In this document: positions 1 to 10,016 of the stretch, piece by piece
How the letters are laid out: every line of letters begins with the position of its first letter
Numbering within the stretch: position 1 is the stretch's first letter
Assembly: GCA_035482355.1 (NCBI GenBank)
Contig: DATHQV010000164.1
Coordinates: forward strand, 28,228 to 92,227
Origin: Acidobacteriaceae bacterium
Lineage (GTDB): Bacteria > Acidobacteriota > Terriglobia > Terriglobales > Acidobacteriaceae
Length of the DNA: 64,000 nucleotides
Direction of reading: 5' to 3'
Made by a program: the position numbers and the translations under genes
The notes under the pieces: generated by a model
Seen by the model: the letters and a program-made list of their open reading frames with translations, nothing else
What the model was told of the DNA's origin: nothing
The model's database searches: none

Positions 1-139
1 GCTTGTGAATTTTGCCGTCAACGCCGGGAAGCGCAAAGTCGGGCGCTTTTGAGCCAACGGCAAGAATAGGATGTGATGTCTGCGCATGGAGCGCCAGCGA
101 CAGCATCGAGATCAAAACCAGATTCAACAGCTTCCGCAT
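1..139 (-). CDS. TlpA/AhpC-TSA family thiol-disulfide oxidoreductase, N-terminal fragment (runs off window)
   Basis: Minus-strand ATG at 137-139 preceded by GGAGA. Translates MRKLLNLVLISMLSLALHAQTSHPILAVGSKAPDFALPGVDGKIHK, a signal peptide followed by the G-x-KAPDF...DGK redoxin N-terminal signature. Too short for the ORF track. Confidence 0.55.
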   Translation of the reverse strand, partial: MRKLLNLVLISMLSLALHAQTSHPILAVGSKAPDFALPGVDGKIHK

Positions 140-161
140 CGTGTTTCTCCGTGCAACTCGG

Positions 162-965
162 CTACGCGAGCTTTCGCGCGTAGGCAACTTCCTGAGCCAT
201 GTCGTCGCTCGTGTCGCCTTCGTGCTCGTACTCGATGGCGATCAAGCCGGGGAACTGTTGGCGGTGCAGCTCCTGCATGACCTCGGGAATCCGCGCGACT
301 CCCGTGCCAAGCAGCAAATTCACTTCTCCGCCCTTCGCTTTTACGTCTTTCAGGTGGACCATCCGCAGGCGCGGACGAAGAGCACGAAGGGCTTCCGCCG
401 GATCGTATCCGCAGGACGCAAAGTGGCCCGTATCCGCGGTCGCACCCATCGTTTTCGACAGCGGTGCAAGCGCCTTCAGGACATCCTCCGGGCTTTCGTA
501 TGCGAATCGGATATTCGGGAAGAAGTGGTTGTGCAGCCCGAAGGTCAGCCCTTCCTGCGTTAAACGCTCGTCAATCCGGTTCAGCACGCTGCCGGTTGCG
601 TCTCCGGTAATGTTACCCGCGCCCAGCAGCCTGGCAAAGCGAATCGCATCTTCCACGTCCTGATCGTTGTTGATCGTTGCCGCGTACCAGGACACGCAGC
701 GAATCCCCGCGCGGTCGAGCTTTTCTTTCGTCGTCCGGAACAACTCGTCCTTCGGATGGCTCAGCAGCATAAACTCCACGCGCGACATCTCAATCTTGCC
801 CACGCGCAGGTGGTTCAGCTGCTCGATCATCGCTTCCATCGGCATGCTGTGGTAACTGTAGGTGCCCACGCCGATATCAAGATGAGTGAGCGCCATCAGC
901 GGTTGAGCCGCCGCCACCAGGCCGCTCGCTGCGGCAAGCTTCACAAAGTTCCGGCGTGTTGTCAT
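162..965 (-). CDS. xylose isomerase-like TIM-barrel protein (sugar phosphate isomerase/epimerase family) with Tat signal
   Basis: 267-aa ORF. The N-terminus MTTRRNFVKLAAASGLVAAAQPLMA is a twin-arginine signal. The body (HLKD, IEYEHEG, GLHNH) is typical of the AP_endonuc_2/xylose-isomerase-like fold. Confidence 0.8.
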   Translation of the reverse strand: MTTRRNFVKLAAASGLVAAAQPLMALTHLDIGVGTYSYHSMPMEAMIEQLNHLRVGKIEMSRVEFMLLSHPKDELFRTTKEKLDRAGIRCVSWYAATINNDQDVEDAIRFARLLGAGNITGDATGSVLNRIDERLTQEGLTFGLHNHFFPNIRFAYESPEDVLKALAPLSKTMGATADTGHFASCGYDPAEALRALRPRLRMVHLKDVKAKGGEVNLLLGTGVARIPEVMQELHRQQFPGLIAIEYEHEGDTSDDMAQEVAYARKLA

Positions 966-1093
966 CTAACAGGCCATTTTGGAGCGGTTTGAAGAGCGCT
1001 GTTTATAATGTTTCATAACAAAGGGTAGTCGAGCACATCGTTTGCAGCACTGTCAAGAATCGTAGCGCGAGTTTACCTACGCAGGATGCGACG

Positions 1094-2371
1094 TTAGATC
1101 GTGGGCTGGGGAAGCACCACGCCCGGAACCGCATCGAGCGCCAGCGCGATCGCACCGGACAGCACCGCGCGATTCCCCGGCGAGCTGGGAGACACCTTCG
1201 GCACGGCGAATTCATTGCCCTCGAGCTGCTTTCTCACAAAATCGATCAGCACCGGATGGCTGCCCACTTCTCCCCCCAGCAGAATCAATCCCGGGTTGAG
1301 AACAAGCGAAAGGTTGACGATGATGTCCGCGACAACCTCCGCTCGCTGGCGGACAATCTTCTCCGCTTTCGCATCGCCCGCCTGCGCCAGGTTCAGAATT
1401 CCGACCGCGTCCATTTTTCTGGTACTCGGCGAGGACTTTCCGCCGTCGTCATGCCAGCTTTTCAGGATGCCGGAGCTGGTGAGCACGGTTTCCAGCTCGC
1501 CGAACTCGTGAATGGTGGGCAGCCTGCGCGAAGTCGACGGGAGCCGCAGATAGGCGATCTCTCCGGCAGACCAATGGGAGCCGTGATGGATTCTGCCGCC
1601 CAGGAAAATGCCGGCGCCGACATTCGTGCCGATATGCATGAACACGAAGTCCTTTTCTGCCTGGGCTGCGCCGCAATACTTCTCGCCCAGCGCGGCAAGG
1701 TTCATGTCGTTTTCCACGATCACCAGGCAGTTGGTGACCTTGCTCAGCATGGCGCGCAGCGGCACGGAGCGCCAGCCTTCCAGCGTGCTGATCGACAGCA
1801 CGCTGCCCTCATCCACATTGGTGATGGCTGGTACGCCCACCACAACCACCAGCAGCTGCTCGCGCGTTCTCCTGTGCTTCCGCAGCAGCGTCTTCAGCTC
1901 TTCACCGATGTAGCTGCAAACGGCGTCAGGCGTGGTCTTTCGATTCTGTAGGTGAATCTTCAGCAGATCTAGTTCGCTTCCGTTCAGGTCGGTGAGCAGC
2001 AGAGAGATGTTCTGTGCAGTGATCTCTACGGCCAGCAGGCAACCGCGTTCCGCCTTGAAACGAATCATGTCCGGTGGACGGCCGCCACTCGATTCCCCCT
2101 CACCGAGCGGCTCGACCAGATCTTCCGACAGCAGGTCTTTGACTACGTTTGTAACCGTGGGGGCGCTAAGGCCGGAGGCGCGCACAAGATCGGCCCGCGA
2201 GCAGGAGCCGCACTCGCGCAACAAATTCAAAATGCGGTGCGCATTCGCATGACGCAGGACCGATGGTCTGCCAATTGGAATCGGTTTTTTCTTCACGCAG
2301 TCCCGGAGCAGAGAGAAATCTAATGGGTTACTATATGCCAGCCCTTCCGCACAGTCACCCGGATTATGCAC
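1094..2371 (-). CDS. ROK family transcriptional regulator (NagC/Mlc-like)
   Basis: 425 aa, GTG start. N-terminal wHTH (ILNLLRECGSCSRADLVRASGLSAPTVTNVVKDLL) followed by a ROK sugar-kinase-like fold (HGSHWSAGEIAYL). Divergent from a sugar operon. Confidence 0.9.
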   Translation of the reverse strand: MHNPGDCAEGLAYSNPLDFSLLRDCVKKKPIPIGRPSVLRHANAHRILNLLRECGSCSRADLVRASGLSAPTVTNVVKDLLSEDLVEPLGEGESSGGRPPDMIRFKAERGCLLAVEITAQNISLLLTDLNGSELDLLKIHLQNRKTTPDAVCSYIGEELKTLLRKHRRTREQLLVVVVGVPAITNVDEGSVLSISTLEGWRSVPLRAMLSKVTNCLVIVENDMNLAALGEKYCGAAQAEKDFVFMHIGTNVGAGIFLGGRIHHGSHWSAGEIAYLRLPSTSRRLPTIHEFGELETVLTSSGILKSWHDDGGKSSPSTRKMDAVGILNLAQAGDAKAEKIVRQRAEVVADIIVNLSLVLNPGLILLGGEVGSHPVLIDFVRKQLEGNEFAVPKVSPSSPGNRAVLSGAIALALDAVPGVVLPQPTI

Positions 2372-2372
2372 G

Positions 2373-2390
2373 TTGCGCCTTTTGGCGCAA
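2373..2390. promoter_or_regulatory. perfect inverted repeat TTGCGCC-TTTT-GGCGCAA abutting the ROK regulator start codon
   Basis: 7-bp arms with a 4-nt spacer, 2 nt upstream of the GTG at 2371, in the divergent promoter region. Candidate operator or 5' hairpin. Confidence 0.3.
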
Positions 2391-2418
2391 AAGAAAGCTC
2401 TTGCATGTTCTCCAGTTT

Positions 2419-2440
2419 GAATGATACTTACGAATCATTA
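2419..2440. promoter_or_regulatory. AT-rich inverted repeat TGAATGAT-N6-ATCATTA, candidate ROK (NagC/Mlc-type) operator
   Basis: About 22-bp AT-rich palindrome in the 220-bp divergent region between the ROK regulator and the SIS/MFS/kinase operon. Its size and AT-rich arms resemble NagC/Mlc sites. Confidence 0.3.
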
Positions 2441-2606
2441 GGAAGTATATAAACTGAAAGCATGCCTCCGCGCTCCGCTGCAGGATGCCATCGTGGATTT
2501 CCTCGCAGATCTGCGCATTGCGGTGTGCTTTCTGCGCCAATCAGCTTAAATTCCGGCGAGACTCCCGGAATCATGAGAGATTTAAGACCGTGTGACGAGA
2601 GATGAA

Positions 2607-3716
2607 ATGGGAGAGATAAGCCCCAAAAAGCCGCGCTGGATCGCAGGCGTAGAGCCCCCGAAGGAATTGCTCTCGGCCACGGGTACACAGATCCTGGAGC
2701 TCGAATGCCGCGAACAGCCTGCCCGGCTTCGCCAGCTGATTCAGTCTTATCATTCCGATCCCTCCCTTCGCGCCGAGCTGAAAAAGCTGCGCGACGCCGC
2801 GCAGAAAAAAGGCCCGATCCTGTTTATCGGAATGGGGGGCTCCTTCTGCTCCTCCTTCGGCGGCTCGGTTCTGCTGCAGACGCATGGAAGGTTTTCCGTC
2901 TCTGCCGACGCCGGCGAATGGCTGCACTATGCTCTGTCGACCTGGGGCGATGCGGCCGTGTCCATCCTTCTTACTACGTCCGGCGAAAGCGCGGAACTCG
3001 TCGAACTCTTCAAAATCGGCAACAGCAACGGCAACGCGCCGGGATTGATTTGCAACAATCCCGCCAGCATCTGCTGGAGCCTCGCCCAGTACAAACTGCC
3101 GATCCTCGCTGGGCCCGAATACGGCAACGCAACCAAGACGTATACCAACTCAACCGCCGCGGGCATCATCCTTGCGTCGGAGATTCTCGAGCTTCCCTGG
3201 AAAGAGGCTGCCGATCGCGCTGCCGACGTCTTTGCCGCAAACCTCGACCCGATCTTCGCGCGGCGTGATGCGCTCGAATCCTTCTGCCGCGGAGCCGCCA
3301 ATATCGAAGTCATCGGCCGCGGAGCCGCCTACGGAGGCGCGATCATGAGCGCGCTTACCATTCGCGAAATGAGCGGGTTCCGGGCCGCGCCGCATACCGG
3401 CGCAGGGTTCAAACACGGCCCTGAGCTCGACGTTGACGCCTCGCACGTCGCCATCATCTTTGCGCTCGGCAGAGCTGCGGATCTTGGAGTGAAGCTCGCG
3501 CAGGAGTGCAATCGCAGGGGCGGCAAAGTCGTTCTTGTCTCTGCACAGAATTACGATGCAACCGACAAGCTGCTTCCCGTCAGGATCGATGCGGTGCCGG
3601 AGCCGTGGGAAGGCATCACGTCGCTGCTGGTGCCGCAGGCGCTCACGCTGGGCATGATCGAGAGAAACGGATGCAGGCTGCCTCCGCGCTTTCAATATGG
3701 TGTCATGGAACAGTAG
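2607..3716 (+). CDS. double-SIS-domain sugar isomerase/deaminase (GlmS C-terminal-like; NagB-II/AgaS/FrlB class)
   Basis: SIS motifs FIGMGGSFCSS and TTSGESAELVE. About 370 aa with two SIS halves. The ATG at 2607 has a GAGAG upstream; a GTG at 2592 is also possible. Confidence 0.85.
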   Translation: MGEISPKKPRWIAGVEPPKELLSATGTQILELECREQPARLRQLIQSYHSDPSLRAELKKLRDAAQKKGPILFIGMGGSFCSSFGGSVLLQTHGRFSVSADAGEWLHYALSTWGDAAVSILLTTSGESAELVELFKIGNSNGNAPGLICNNPASICWSLAQYKLPILAGPEYGNATKTYTNSTAAGIILASEILELPWKEAADRAADVFAANLDPIFARRDALESFCRGAANIEVIGRGAAYGGAIMSALTIREMSGFRAAPHTGAGFKHGPELDVDASHVAIIFALGRAADLGVKLAQECNRRGGKVVLVSAQNYDATDKLLPVRIDAVPEPWEGITSLLVPQALTLGMIERNGCRLPPRFQYGVMEQ

Positions 3717-3747
3717 TCCGAATCTCTTTGCTGAGTAAGAGGAAACT

Positions 3748-5124
3748 TTGTCTGAACCCGTTATCACCGCGCAACCCGAGGTCCGCCGCAGCTTTCTCTG
3801 GAAGGTGTCGCTCATCGCCGGCCTGGGCGGCATTCTCTACGGTTTCGACATGGGCGTTATCGCTGCCGCATTGATTTTTGTGCGCGAATCTTTTTCGCTC
3901 AGCACGCGCATGGAAGAGGTTGTGGTCAGCGTTGTGCAAGTCGGCGTATTGGCTGGCGCAGCCGCTGGCGGCGTGATTGCCGACCGCATCGGCCGGCGGG
4001 CAACGCTGCTGTGGGGCGGCGTAATCTTTCTGGCCGGCTCGCTGCTTGCTCCCGCATCGCCCAATGCCTTCACGCTGATCATCGCCCGCGCTCTGCTCGG
4101 AGTCGCCATCGGGTTCACTTCCGTCACCGCTCCCGTCTATGTCTCAGAACTGGCGCCGCCGCAATCGCGCGGAATGCTGATCGGCCTGTATCAGTTCGCG
4201 CTTACGCTGGGTATTGCGCTTGCCGATCTCACGGGATACTGGCTTGCGGGGGAGCATGCGTGGCGCCTGATGTTCGGTTTGGGAGCCATCCCCGCGGCGT
4301 TGTTCGTCCTGCTGCTGGTTACGCTCCCCGAAAGCCCGCGCTGGCTCTACGCGCATGATCGCATCGCCGAAGCTGAATCCGTTCTGGGCCAATATACAAA
4401 CGCGGCTGGAATTCGCTTGCTGGTCGACGATATTCGCTCCGGACTCCAGGTCAAGGTTGAAAAGCGCTGGGGCGCTCTCTGGAGCCCCGCAGTCCGTTTC
4501 TCGCTTCTGATCGCTGTTGGCTTCACCGTTCTGCAGCAGGTCACCGGAATCAACACGATCATCTATTACGGCCCGCGGATCTTTTCGCTGGCCGGCATTA
4601 CGTCGAACCGGAACGCAATCTTCGCAACGCTTCTGGTCGCTGTTACCAATGTGCTCGCAACCATCATTGCTCTGGTGCTGGTCGATCGGGCTGGCCGCAA
4701 ACCTTTGCTCTATGTGGGACTCACCGGGATGACGGCGTCGCTGTTTCTGCTTTCGTATTCATTCCACAGCCCGGCCGCATTTGGAGCAGCACCCGGAGTG
4801 ATTGCCACCATCTGCCTGATGGTCTACATTACGTGCTTCGCATTCAGCATGGGGCCCATCGCCTGGATTCTCGTTTCCGAAGTATTTCCGCTGCAGCTAC
4901 GAGGCCGCGGAGTCGCAGCGGCTACCATCGGATCGGGAGCGTCCAACTTCATCGTGTCGATCACCTTTCTTTCACTCATTAACGCCGCGGGCAATACGTT
5001 TACCTTCGTCATCTATGGCATCTTCTGTATCGTCACGCTGATTTTTGTACGTTTCATCGTTCCGGAAACCAAAGGCCGCGAGCTGGAAAGCATCAGCACC
5101 GAGGCCAACGCAACAACGTCATAA
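3748..5124 (+). CDS. MFS sugar porter family transporter
   Basis: 458 aa with 12 predicted TM segments. Sugar-porter signatures GFDMGVIAAAL, GRR, PESPRWL and PETKGRELE. Confidence 0.9.
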   Translation: MSEPVITAQPEVRRSFLWKVSLIAGLGGILYGFDMGVIAAALIFVRESFSLSTRMEEVVVSVVQVGVLAGAAAGGVIADRIGRRATLLWGGVIFLAGSLLAPASPNAFTLIIARALLGVAIGFTSVTAPVYVSELAPPQSRGMLIGLYQFALTLGIALADLTGYWLAGEHAWRLMFGLGAIPAALFVLLLVTLPESPRWLYAHDRIAEAESVLGQYTNAAGIRLLVDDIRSGLQVKVEKRWGALWSPAVRFSLLIAVGFTVLQQVTGINTIIYYGPRIFSLAGITSNRNAIFATLLVAVTNVLATIIALVLVDRAGRKPLLYVGLTGMTASLFLLSYSFHSPAAFGAAPGVIATICLMVYITCFAFSMGPIAWILVSEVFPLQLRGRGVAAATIGSGASNFIVSITFLSLINAAGNTFTFVIYGIFCIVTLIFVRFIVPETKGRELESISTEANATTS

Positions 5125-5151
5125 GTAAATCGGGCAAGAGAAAACCCACAC

Positions 5152-6210
5152 ATGCAAAACTTCGCACACGAGGTAGTTGGAGGAATGACGGAACTGCAGG
5201 CTGGGAGCACCATCGCCACGCAGGAGGAGCCATCGGCAGCAAAAGGGGGCGGCTATGTCGCAGGCATCGACATAGGAGGAACCAATCTGCGCCTTGCGCT
5301 CGCCAACATGGCCGGAACCGTCGTAGCCAGGCGGGCCTCTTCCACCGTCGGCGTCCGGGATCCGCATGCAGTCATCGTCCTCATCAACGAAGGTATACGC
5401 GAGCTGCTCGAAAAACTCTCTGCTCCCTGCAGCGCGCTTAATGCTGTTGCTGCCGGAGCTCCTGGGATTACCAATGTTGACAGCGGTGTCGTTATCGCAA
5501 CCTCCTACCTGATGGGATGGCGGGACATTCCGCTGCGCGCGCTGCTCGAAGACGCTCTGGGCGCCCCGGCGATAGTGGACAACGATGTAAACCTCGCGGC
5601 TATCGGAGAACACTGGATCGGCGCTGCAAAGGGAGTGCAGGACTTTGTCTTTATCGGCATTGGAACCGGTGTCGGTGCAAGTATCATGCTCAACGGCGTT
5701 CCATTTCGCGGAAGCAGCTGGGGGGCGGGCGAAATCGGATACATGCTCGTCCCGGGGATCAAGGAGTTTCAGTCAAAGCCGGGAGAGCCGGGCGGTCTCG
5801 AAAGTATCATCGGAGGCGACGGCATCCAGTTGCAGTGGCAAAGCATCTGGAGCGCTGACAAAACCTCGCTGCCGAATCACCTCACCGCCACGCAGATATT
5901 CGATCACGCCCTCGTTGGCGACGCTCTTGCTCAATCCATCCTCAAGCAGACCGCCCGCATGCTGTCGCATGCCGTCTACAACATCAACCTGGTGTTGAAC
6001 TGCCCGCTTTTTGTGCTTGGCGGCGGCGTCGGAGTGCATTCCGGCCTGTGCAATGCAACGGAGGAAATGCTGAAGCGGCTGAAGATGCGCGATCAGCCGA
6101 AGGTCATCACCAGCGCTCTTGGAGCAGACGCGCAGCAGATGGGCGCGCTTCGCCTCGCGCTCGATCTCGCGGGGGCGTCGAAAGAGGGAGCGGGCGGGGA
6201 CCAGGCGTAA
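5152..6210 (+). CDS. ROK family sugar kinase (glucokinase/N-acetylglucosamine kinase-like)
   Basis: GIDIGGTNLRLAL ATP-binding motif, DNDVNLAAIGE, GIGTGVGA, GAGEIGY. No N-terminal HTH, so a kinase rather than a repressor. Confidence 0.85.
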   Translation: MQNFAHEVVGGMTELQAGSTIATQEEPSAAKGGGYVAGIDIGGTNLRLALANMAGTVVARRASSTVGVRDPHAVIVLINEGIRELLEKLSAPCSALNAVAAGAPGITNVDSGVVIATSYLMGWRDIPLRALLEDALGAPAIVDNDVNLAAIGEHWIGAAKGVQDFVFIGIGTGVGASIMLNGVPFRGSSWGAGEIGYMLVPGIKEFQSKPGEPGGLESIIGGDGIQLQWQSIWSADKTSLPNHLTATQIFDHALVGDALAQSILKQTARMLSHAVYNINLVLNCPLFVLGGGVGVHSGLCNATEEMLKRLKMRDQPKVITSALGADAQQMGALRLALDLAGASKEGAGGDQA

Positions 6211-6243
6211 CTGGCCAGGTTCGCCACGTCTCCCTCTCAACTT

Positions 6244-7527
6244 TCACGCCACAGTCGCGGACACGTTCTCAATTACCGCGGTCTCTGAATGGTCCTTGTA
6301 GAGCGCGCCTTCCTTCATAATTACGTGCAGATTTTTCTCGTGGACTACCAGGTCGAGGTCCTCCAGAGGATCGCCGTCCACCAACAATAAGTCAGCGATG
6401 TAGCCCTCTTTGATCTGGCCCAGTTGGTCGCCGAGGCCCATCACCTGCCCGCCAATGCGGGTGCCGCACTGCAGAGCCTCGTTCGGGGAAAATCCGAGCA
6501 GATCCACGAAGTGCTTCAGGTCTCGCGCGTTGTCACCCTGTGGCGACTGCGCAAATCCGTAGTCTCCTCCAATCAAAATGCGCACGCCGCGTTTGCGAAG
6601 CTCGGTATAAACCGCAGCCGTATTGTCGATGGTGCGCTGCATCTTCCGCCCCACTTCTGAGTCGCGATAAAAGCCGAACGGCTCGCCTTCATAGAGTGTG
6701 CTGTAGATGATCCCGATGGCCGGGCCCACAAAGATGCGGTCCTTTGCGGATTCGAGCATGTCGATCGCTTCCTCATCCGCCGACTCGCAGTGGTAGATCA
6801 CGTCCACGCCGCAGCGGATTGCGCGCTTCACCGACTCCGCGGCCCGCGCATGGCAGTTCACTTTTTTGCCGAAGTCGCGCGCCACGTTCACCGCGGTCTG
6901 CACCTCCTCTTCGCTCATTACCGTGAGTCCGCCGTGGGCTGCGGGGCTGAGATCGTCTCCGGAGATGTTCACCTTGATGTTGTCCACGCCTTCCCGGCAA
7001 CACAAGCGCACTGCCTTCGTCAGCTCCTCTTTGCCATCCGCAATCAGCCCGAAGCTCTCGTAATACATGTGCGCTTTGCGCTCGTCGCCCAGGCCTCCGG
7101 TGACTGTGATTTCCGGACTCGCCGCGCGAATGCGCGGACCTGGGAATTGGCCGGCATTCACGGCGTTCCGGATCACCACGTCCAGCCGCAGCTTCGATGT
7201 AGCTGCGCTGTAGGCACTGGTGAAGCCATGATCGAGCAGCGTCTTCGCATTGCGCACTGTCAGAAGAACATGCTCCTCCGGCGGGATGTTGCCGAGGTCG
7301 GAATCATTCACCGCGCCGCCAAAGGAAATATGCGCGTGTCCTTCTACAAGGCCGGGCATCAGGGTTCTGCCGCGTGCGTCAATTACGGTTGCTCCTTCCG
7401 CCGAAAGCCTCGACGGCATGTACGCAATCGACTTGATTCTGCCGTTTTCCACGAGCACATCGGCCGGAAATGCGGGAGCGCCGCTGCCGTCCCAAACGCT
7501 CGCGCCACGAAAAAGAATTGGCTTCAT
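6244..7527 (-). CDS. amidohydrolase family metallo-hydrolase
   Basis: 427 aa. N-terminal beta-sandwich (VENGRIKSI...VIDARGRTLMPGLVEGHAHI) with the metal-binding H-x-H motif typical of COG1228-type amidohydrolases. Confidence 0.85.
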   Translation of the reverse strand: MKPILFRGASVWDGSGAPAFPADVLVENGRIKSIAYMPSRLSAEGATVIDARGRTLMPGLVEGHAHISFGGAVNDSDLGNIPPEEHVLLTVRNAKTLLDHGFTSAYSAATSKLRLDVVIRNAVNAGQFPGPRIRAASPEITVTGGLGDERKAHMYYESFGLIADGKEELTKAVRLCCREGVDNIKVNISGDDLSPAAHGGLTVMSEEEVQTAVNVARDFGKKVNCHARAAESVKRAIRCGVDVIYHCESADEEAIDMLESAKDRIFVGPAIGIIYSTLYEGEPFGFYRDSEVGRKMQRTIDNTAAVYTELRKRGVRILIGGDYGFAQSPQGDNARDLKHFVDLLGFSPNEALQCGTRIGGQVMGLGDQLGQIKEGYIADLLLVDGDPLEDLDLVVHEKNLHVIMKEGALYKDHSETAVIENVSATVA

Positions 7528-7554
7528 AACAGGGTTCTCCTTGAGCTTTGATGG

Positions 7555-8994
7555 TTATTGAAAATCGTCCGCCACATAGGCGCCGATACGTCCCGCCAGG
7601 CCGGGCGACAATCTCTCGATCACAATTCCATAAATAACGGAGAGGGCCAGAACGCTCAACGCAATCCACGGAAACAGATTGAACGGGCGCGCCTGACCGG
7701 GTTGAATCAGACCCCACAGCGGAAAGAGCATGATCAGCGTTCCGGCAATCGGCAGTGCACAATGACGAAATATATCGAGTTCGCTGCGATGGTGCCGAAG
7801 CACATACACGGGCAGCGCAAGGTTCGTGAGCATGTAGGTAAGAATGATCGGGATCGTGCCCATCGTGCCCGCATAGCCGAAATAATCCAGGGGAGCGATC
7901 CCGCCGAGCAGGCTGAAACCAAGCACCAGCGCGACGGCGATGATAAGAAACACCCACATGGCGCTGTGCGGCGTGTGGTGCCGGGGATGGATCTTGCCCA
8001 GAAACTCCGGCAGGAGTCCTTCGCGCCCGGAATTAAACAGGATGCGCGCCTGCGCATTGACCAGGCCGATGAGCGAACCCAGAATGCTGGTCACACCTGC
8101 CACATATGCGATGAATAATAATGCGGGAGCTGAGACCTTCAATCCATCGATGAAGGGAAGTCGCGAGGCGCCCAGTGCATGCGCGTCCATCCGGAATCCC
8201 ACCGCGGTTGCGTAGGAGAGGAATACATAGAAGAGGCCGATCGCCAGTGTGCCCGTAATCAGCGCGCGAGGAATGTTGCGGCGCGGCATTTTTGTCTCTT
8301 CTGCCAGCGATGCCGAATTCTCCCAGCCGATAAACAGATACACGGCCAGAGGAAACCCCGCTCCCAGGCCGGCCAGCCCATGCGTCAGGCTTGAGTATTT
8401 GAACGGAGCCAGGCTCAGAAACTGCGGGTGTGCCGCCATCATCAGAACACTGCCCAAAACCAGAAGGCCCGCCTCGAAATAGAAGAACACGCCCGACCAG
8501 AAGGTTGACAGACCGATACCTCGCATCACCAGCCATCCGGTTGCTGCCGAGATGAGCGCGGTAAGAACAACCCAGTGAATCGACAGTCCAACGACAATCT
8601 TCAGCGTCTCCGAGATCCAAACACCGGCAATCGACACTACCGTCGATGCGGCAACAATATATCCGAAAGTGAGAAACACCGAGACGGCAGCGCCGATGGA
8701 AGGAGAGAAGGCTTTGCCGGTAAAAGTCACGAACGAGCCGGCCGACGGAATAAAACGCGAGAACTCCGCAATTGTATTCGTCAGGAACAGAATCACGATC
8801 ATCGCGGTAATGATCGTCAGGGGGGCCGCAAGCCCGGCGCCCTGGACGATCACCGCGAACCCGAAGAAGAAGCTCATTGCGGGCGCGATGCTGGCAAGCG
8901 TCGTCGCCACGATATGACTCAGGGCAAGCGTGTTGCGGCGGAGCCGGACTTCGCTTCCGGACCGTGCGCCAGAGAATAAATCGCTCAATGACAT
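7555..8994 (-). CDS. APC superfamily amino acid permease
   Basis: 479 aa, about 12 TM segments. The GWENSASLAEE motif is typical of the APC family. Confidence 0.85.
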   Translation of the reverse strand: MSLSDLFSGARSGSEVRLRRNTLALSHIVATTLASIAPAMSFFFGFAVIVQGAGLAAPLTIITAMIVILFLTNTIAEFSRFIPSAGSFVTFTGKAFSPSIGAAVSVFLTFGYIVAASTVVSIAGVWISETLKIVVGLSIHWVVLTALISAATGWLVMRGIGLSTFWSGVFFYFEAGLLVLGSVLMMAAHPQFLSLAPFKYSSLTHGLAGLGAGFPLAVYLFIGWENSASLAEETKMPRRNIPRALITGTLAIGLFYVFLSYATAVGFRMDAHALGASRLPFIDGLKVSAPALLFIAYVAGVTSILGSLIGLVNAQARILFNSGREGLLPEFLGKIHPRHHTPHSAMWVFLIIAVALVLGFSLLGGIAPLDYFGYAGTMGTIPIILTYMLTNLALPVYVLRHHRSELDIFRHCALPIAGTLIMLFPLWGLIQPGQARPFNLFPWIALSVLALSVIYGIVIERLSPGLAGRIGAYVADDFQ

Positions 8995-9051
8995 CTGTCG
9001 CCCACCCTTGCCAGGAGGCTGGCTGGATTTAACGAATTCCCGCGGCGCGGT

Positions 9052-9912
9052 CTACTCGTCCTTCACTTCATTGCGCAGCAAGCCAATTTTTTCGATCTCG
9101 ACCTCGCACACATCGTCCTCCTTCATAAATAAAGGAGGAGTGCGGGCCACTCCCACGCCCGCCGGCGTGCCGCTCACAAGAATGTCGCCGGGCGAAAGCG
9201 TAATCGCCTCGCTCAGCAACGAGATGAGCTTCGCCACGCTGAACACCATATCGCTGGTCGAAGCATCCTGCACCGTTTTGCCGTTGAGCCGGGTCTGAAT
9301 GCGAAGCCCCTTCCCACCGCGCGGCAGCTCGTCCGCAGTCACGAGGTACGGCCCGAACGCCCCTGTTCCGTCAAAATTTTTCCCCATGGTCCACTGTGGA
9401 GCCTTCTTTTGATAATCACGCACCGACGCATCATTGAAAATCGAGTAGCCGATCACATGTTCCAGCGCGTCGTCTTCTGAAATATGCCGTCCGCCTTTGC
9501 CGATTACCGCGACCATCTCTCCCTCGTAATCCAGCTGAATCGAAACTTTGGGCCGCACAATCGGAGCGCCAGCCCCGACAAGGCTTGAAGTGAAACGCGT
9601 AAAAATCGTCGGATAATCGGGCGGAGTAAACCCACTCTCCAATGAGTGATCGACATAGTTTAGTCCCACGCAGATGATCTTTCCGGGGGCCGACAGCGGC
9701 GGCAGAAAAGTCACGCTGTCTGAATCGATCTCCTCACCCTTTTCAAGCGCAGCAGCCGCAGCATTGAGCGCGGCACAACCCTTGCGAACAAGGCTGTCGA
9801 GCGTGCCCGGATATCGTGCGTCTCCTGAAAACAGTCCGCGAAGGTTTCCGTTTGAACCCGTAGCGACGCCCAATCCTTCACGCTCACCGCTGCGAAATGC
9901 GCCAAACCGCAT
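9052..9912 (-). CDS. fumarylacetoacetate hydrolase (FAH) family protein
   Basis: 286 aa. KIICVGLNYVDH, YEGEMVAVIGK and GDILVSGTPAGVG are canonical FAH/HpcE-type motifs. Confidence 0.9.
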   Translation of the reverse strand: MRFGAFRSGEREGLGVATGSNGNLRGLFSGDARYPGTLDSLVRKGCAALNAAAAALEKGEEIDSDSVTFLPPLSAPGKIICVGLNYVDHSLESGFTPPDYPTIFTRFTSSLVGAGAPIVRPKVSIQLDYEGEMVAVIGKGGRHISEDDALEHVIGYSIFNDASVRDYQKKAPQWTMGKNFDGTGAFGPYLVTADELPRGGKGLRIQTRLNGKTVQDASTSDMVFSVAKLISLLSEAITLSPGDILVSGTPAGVGVARTPPLFMKEDDVCEVEIEKIGLLRNEVKDE

Positions 9913-10016
9913 TGCTCATCAACCTTTCACACGATGGCAATTGCTCAACTGTCCGCTTACTGCCTCGAACCATCCAGCCTCGCGTTTTTGCACTCTTTCA
10001 CCTTACGAGATAATTT

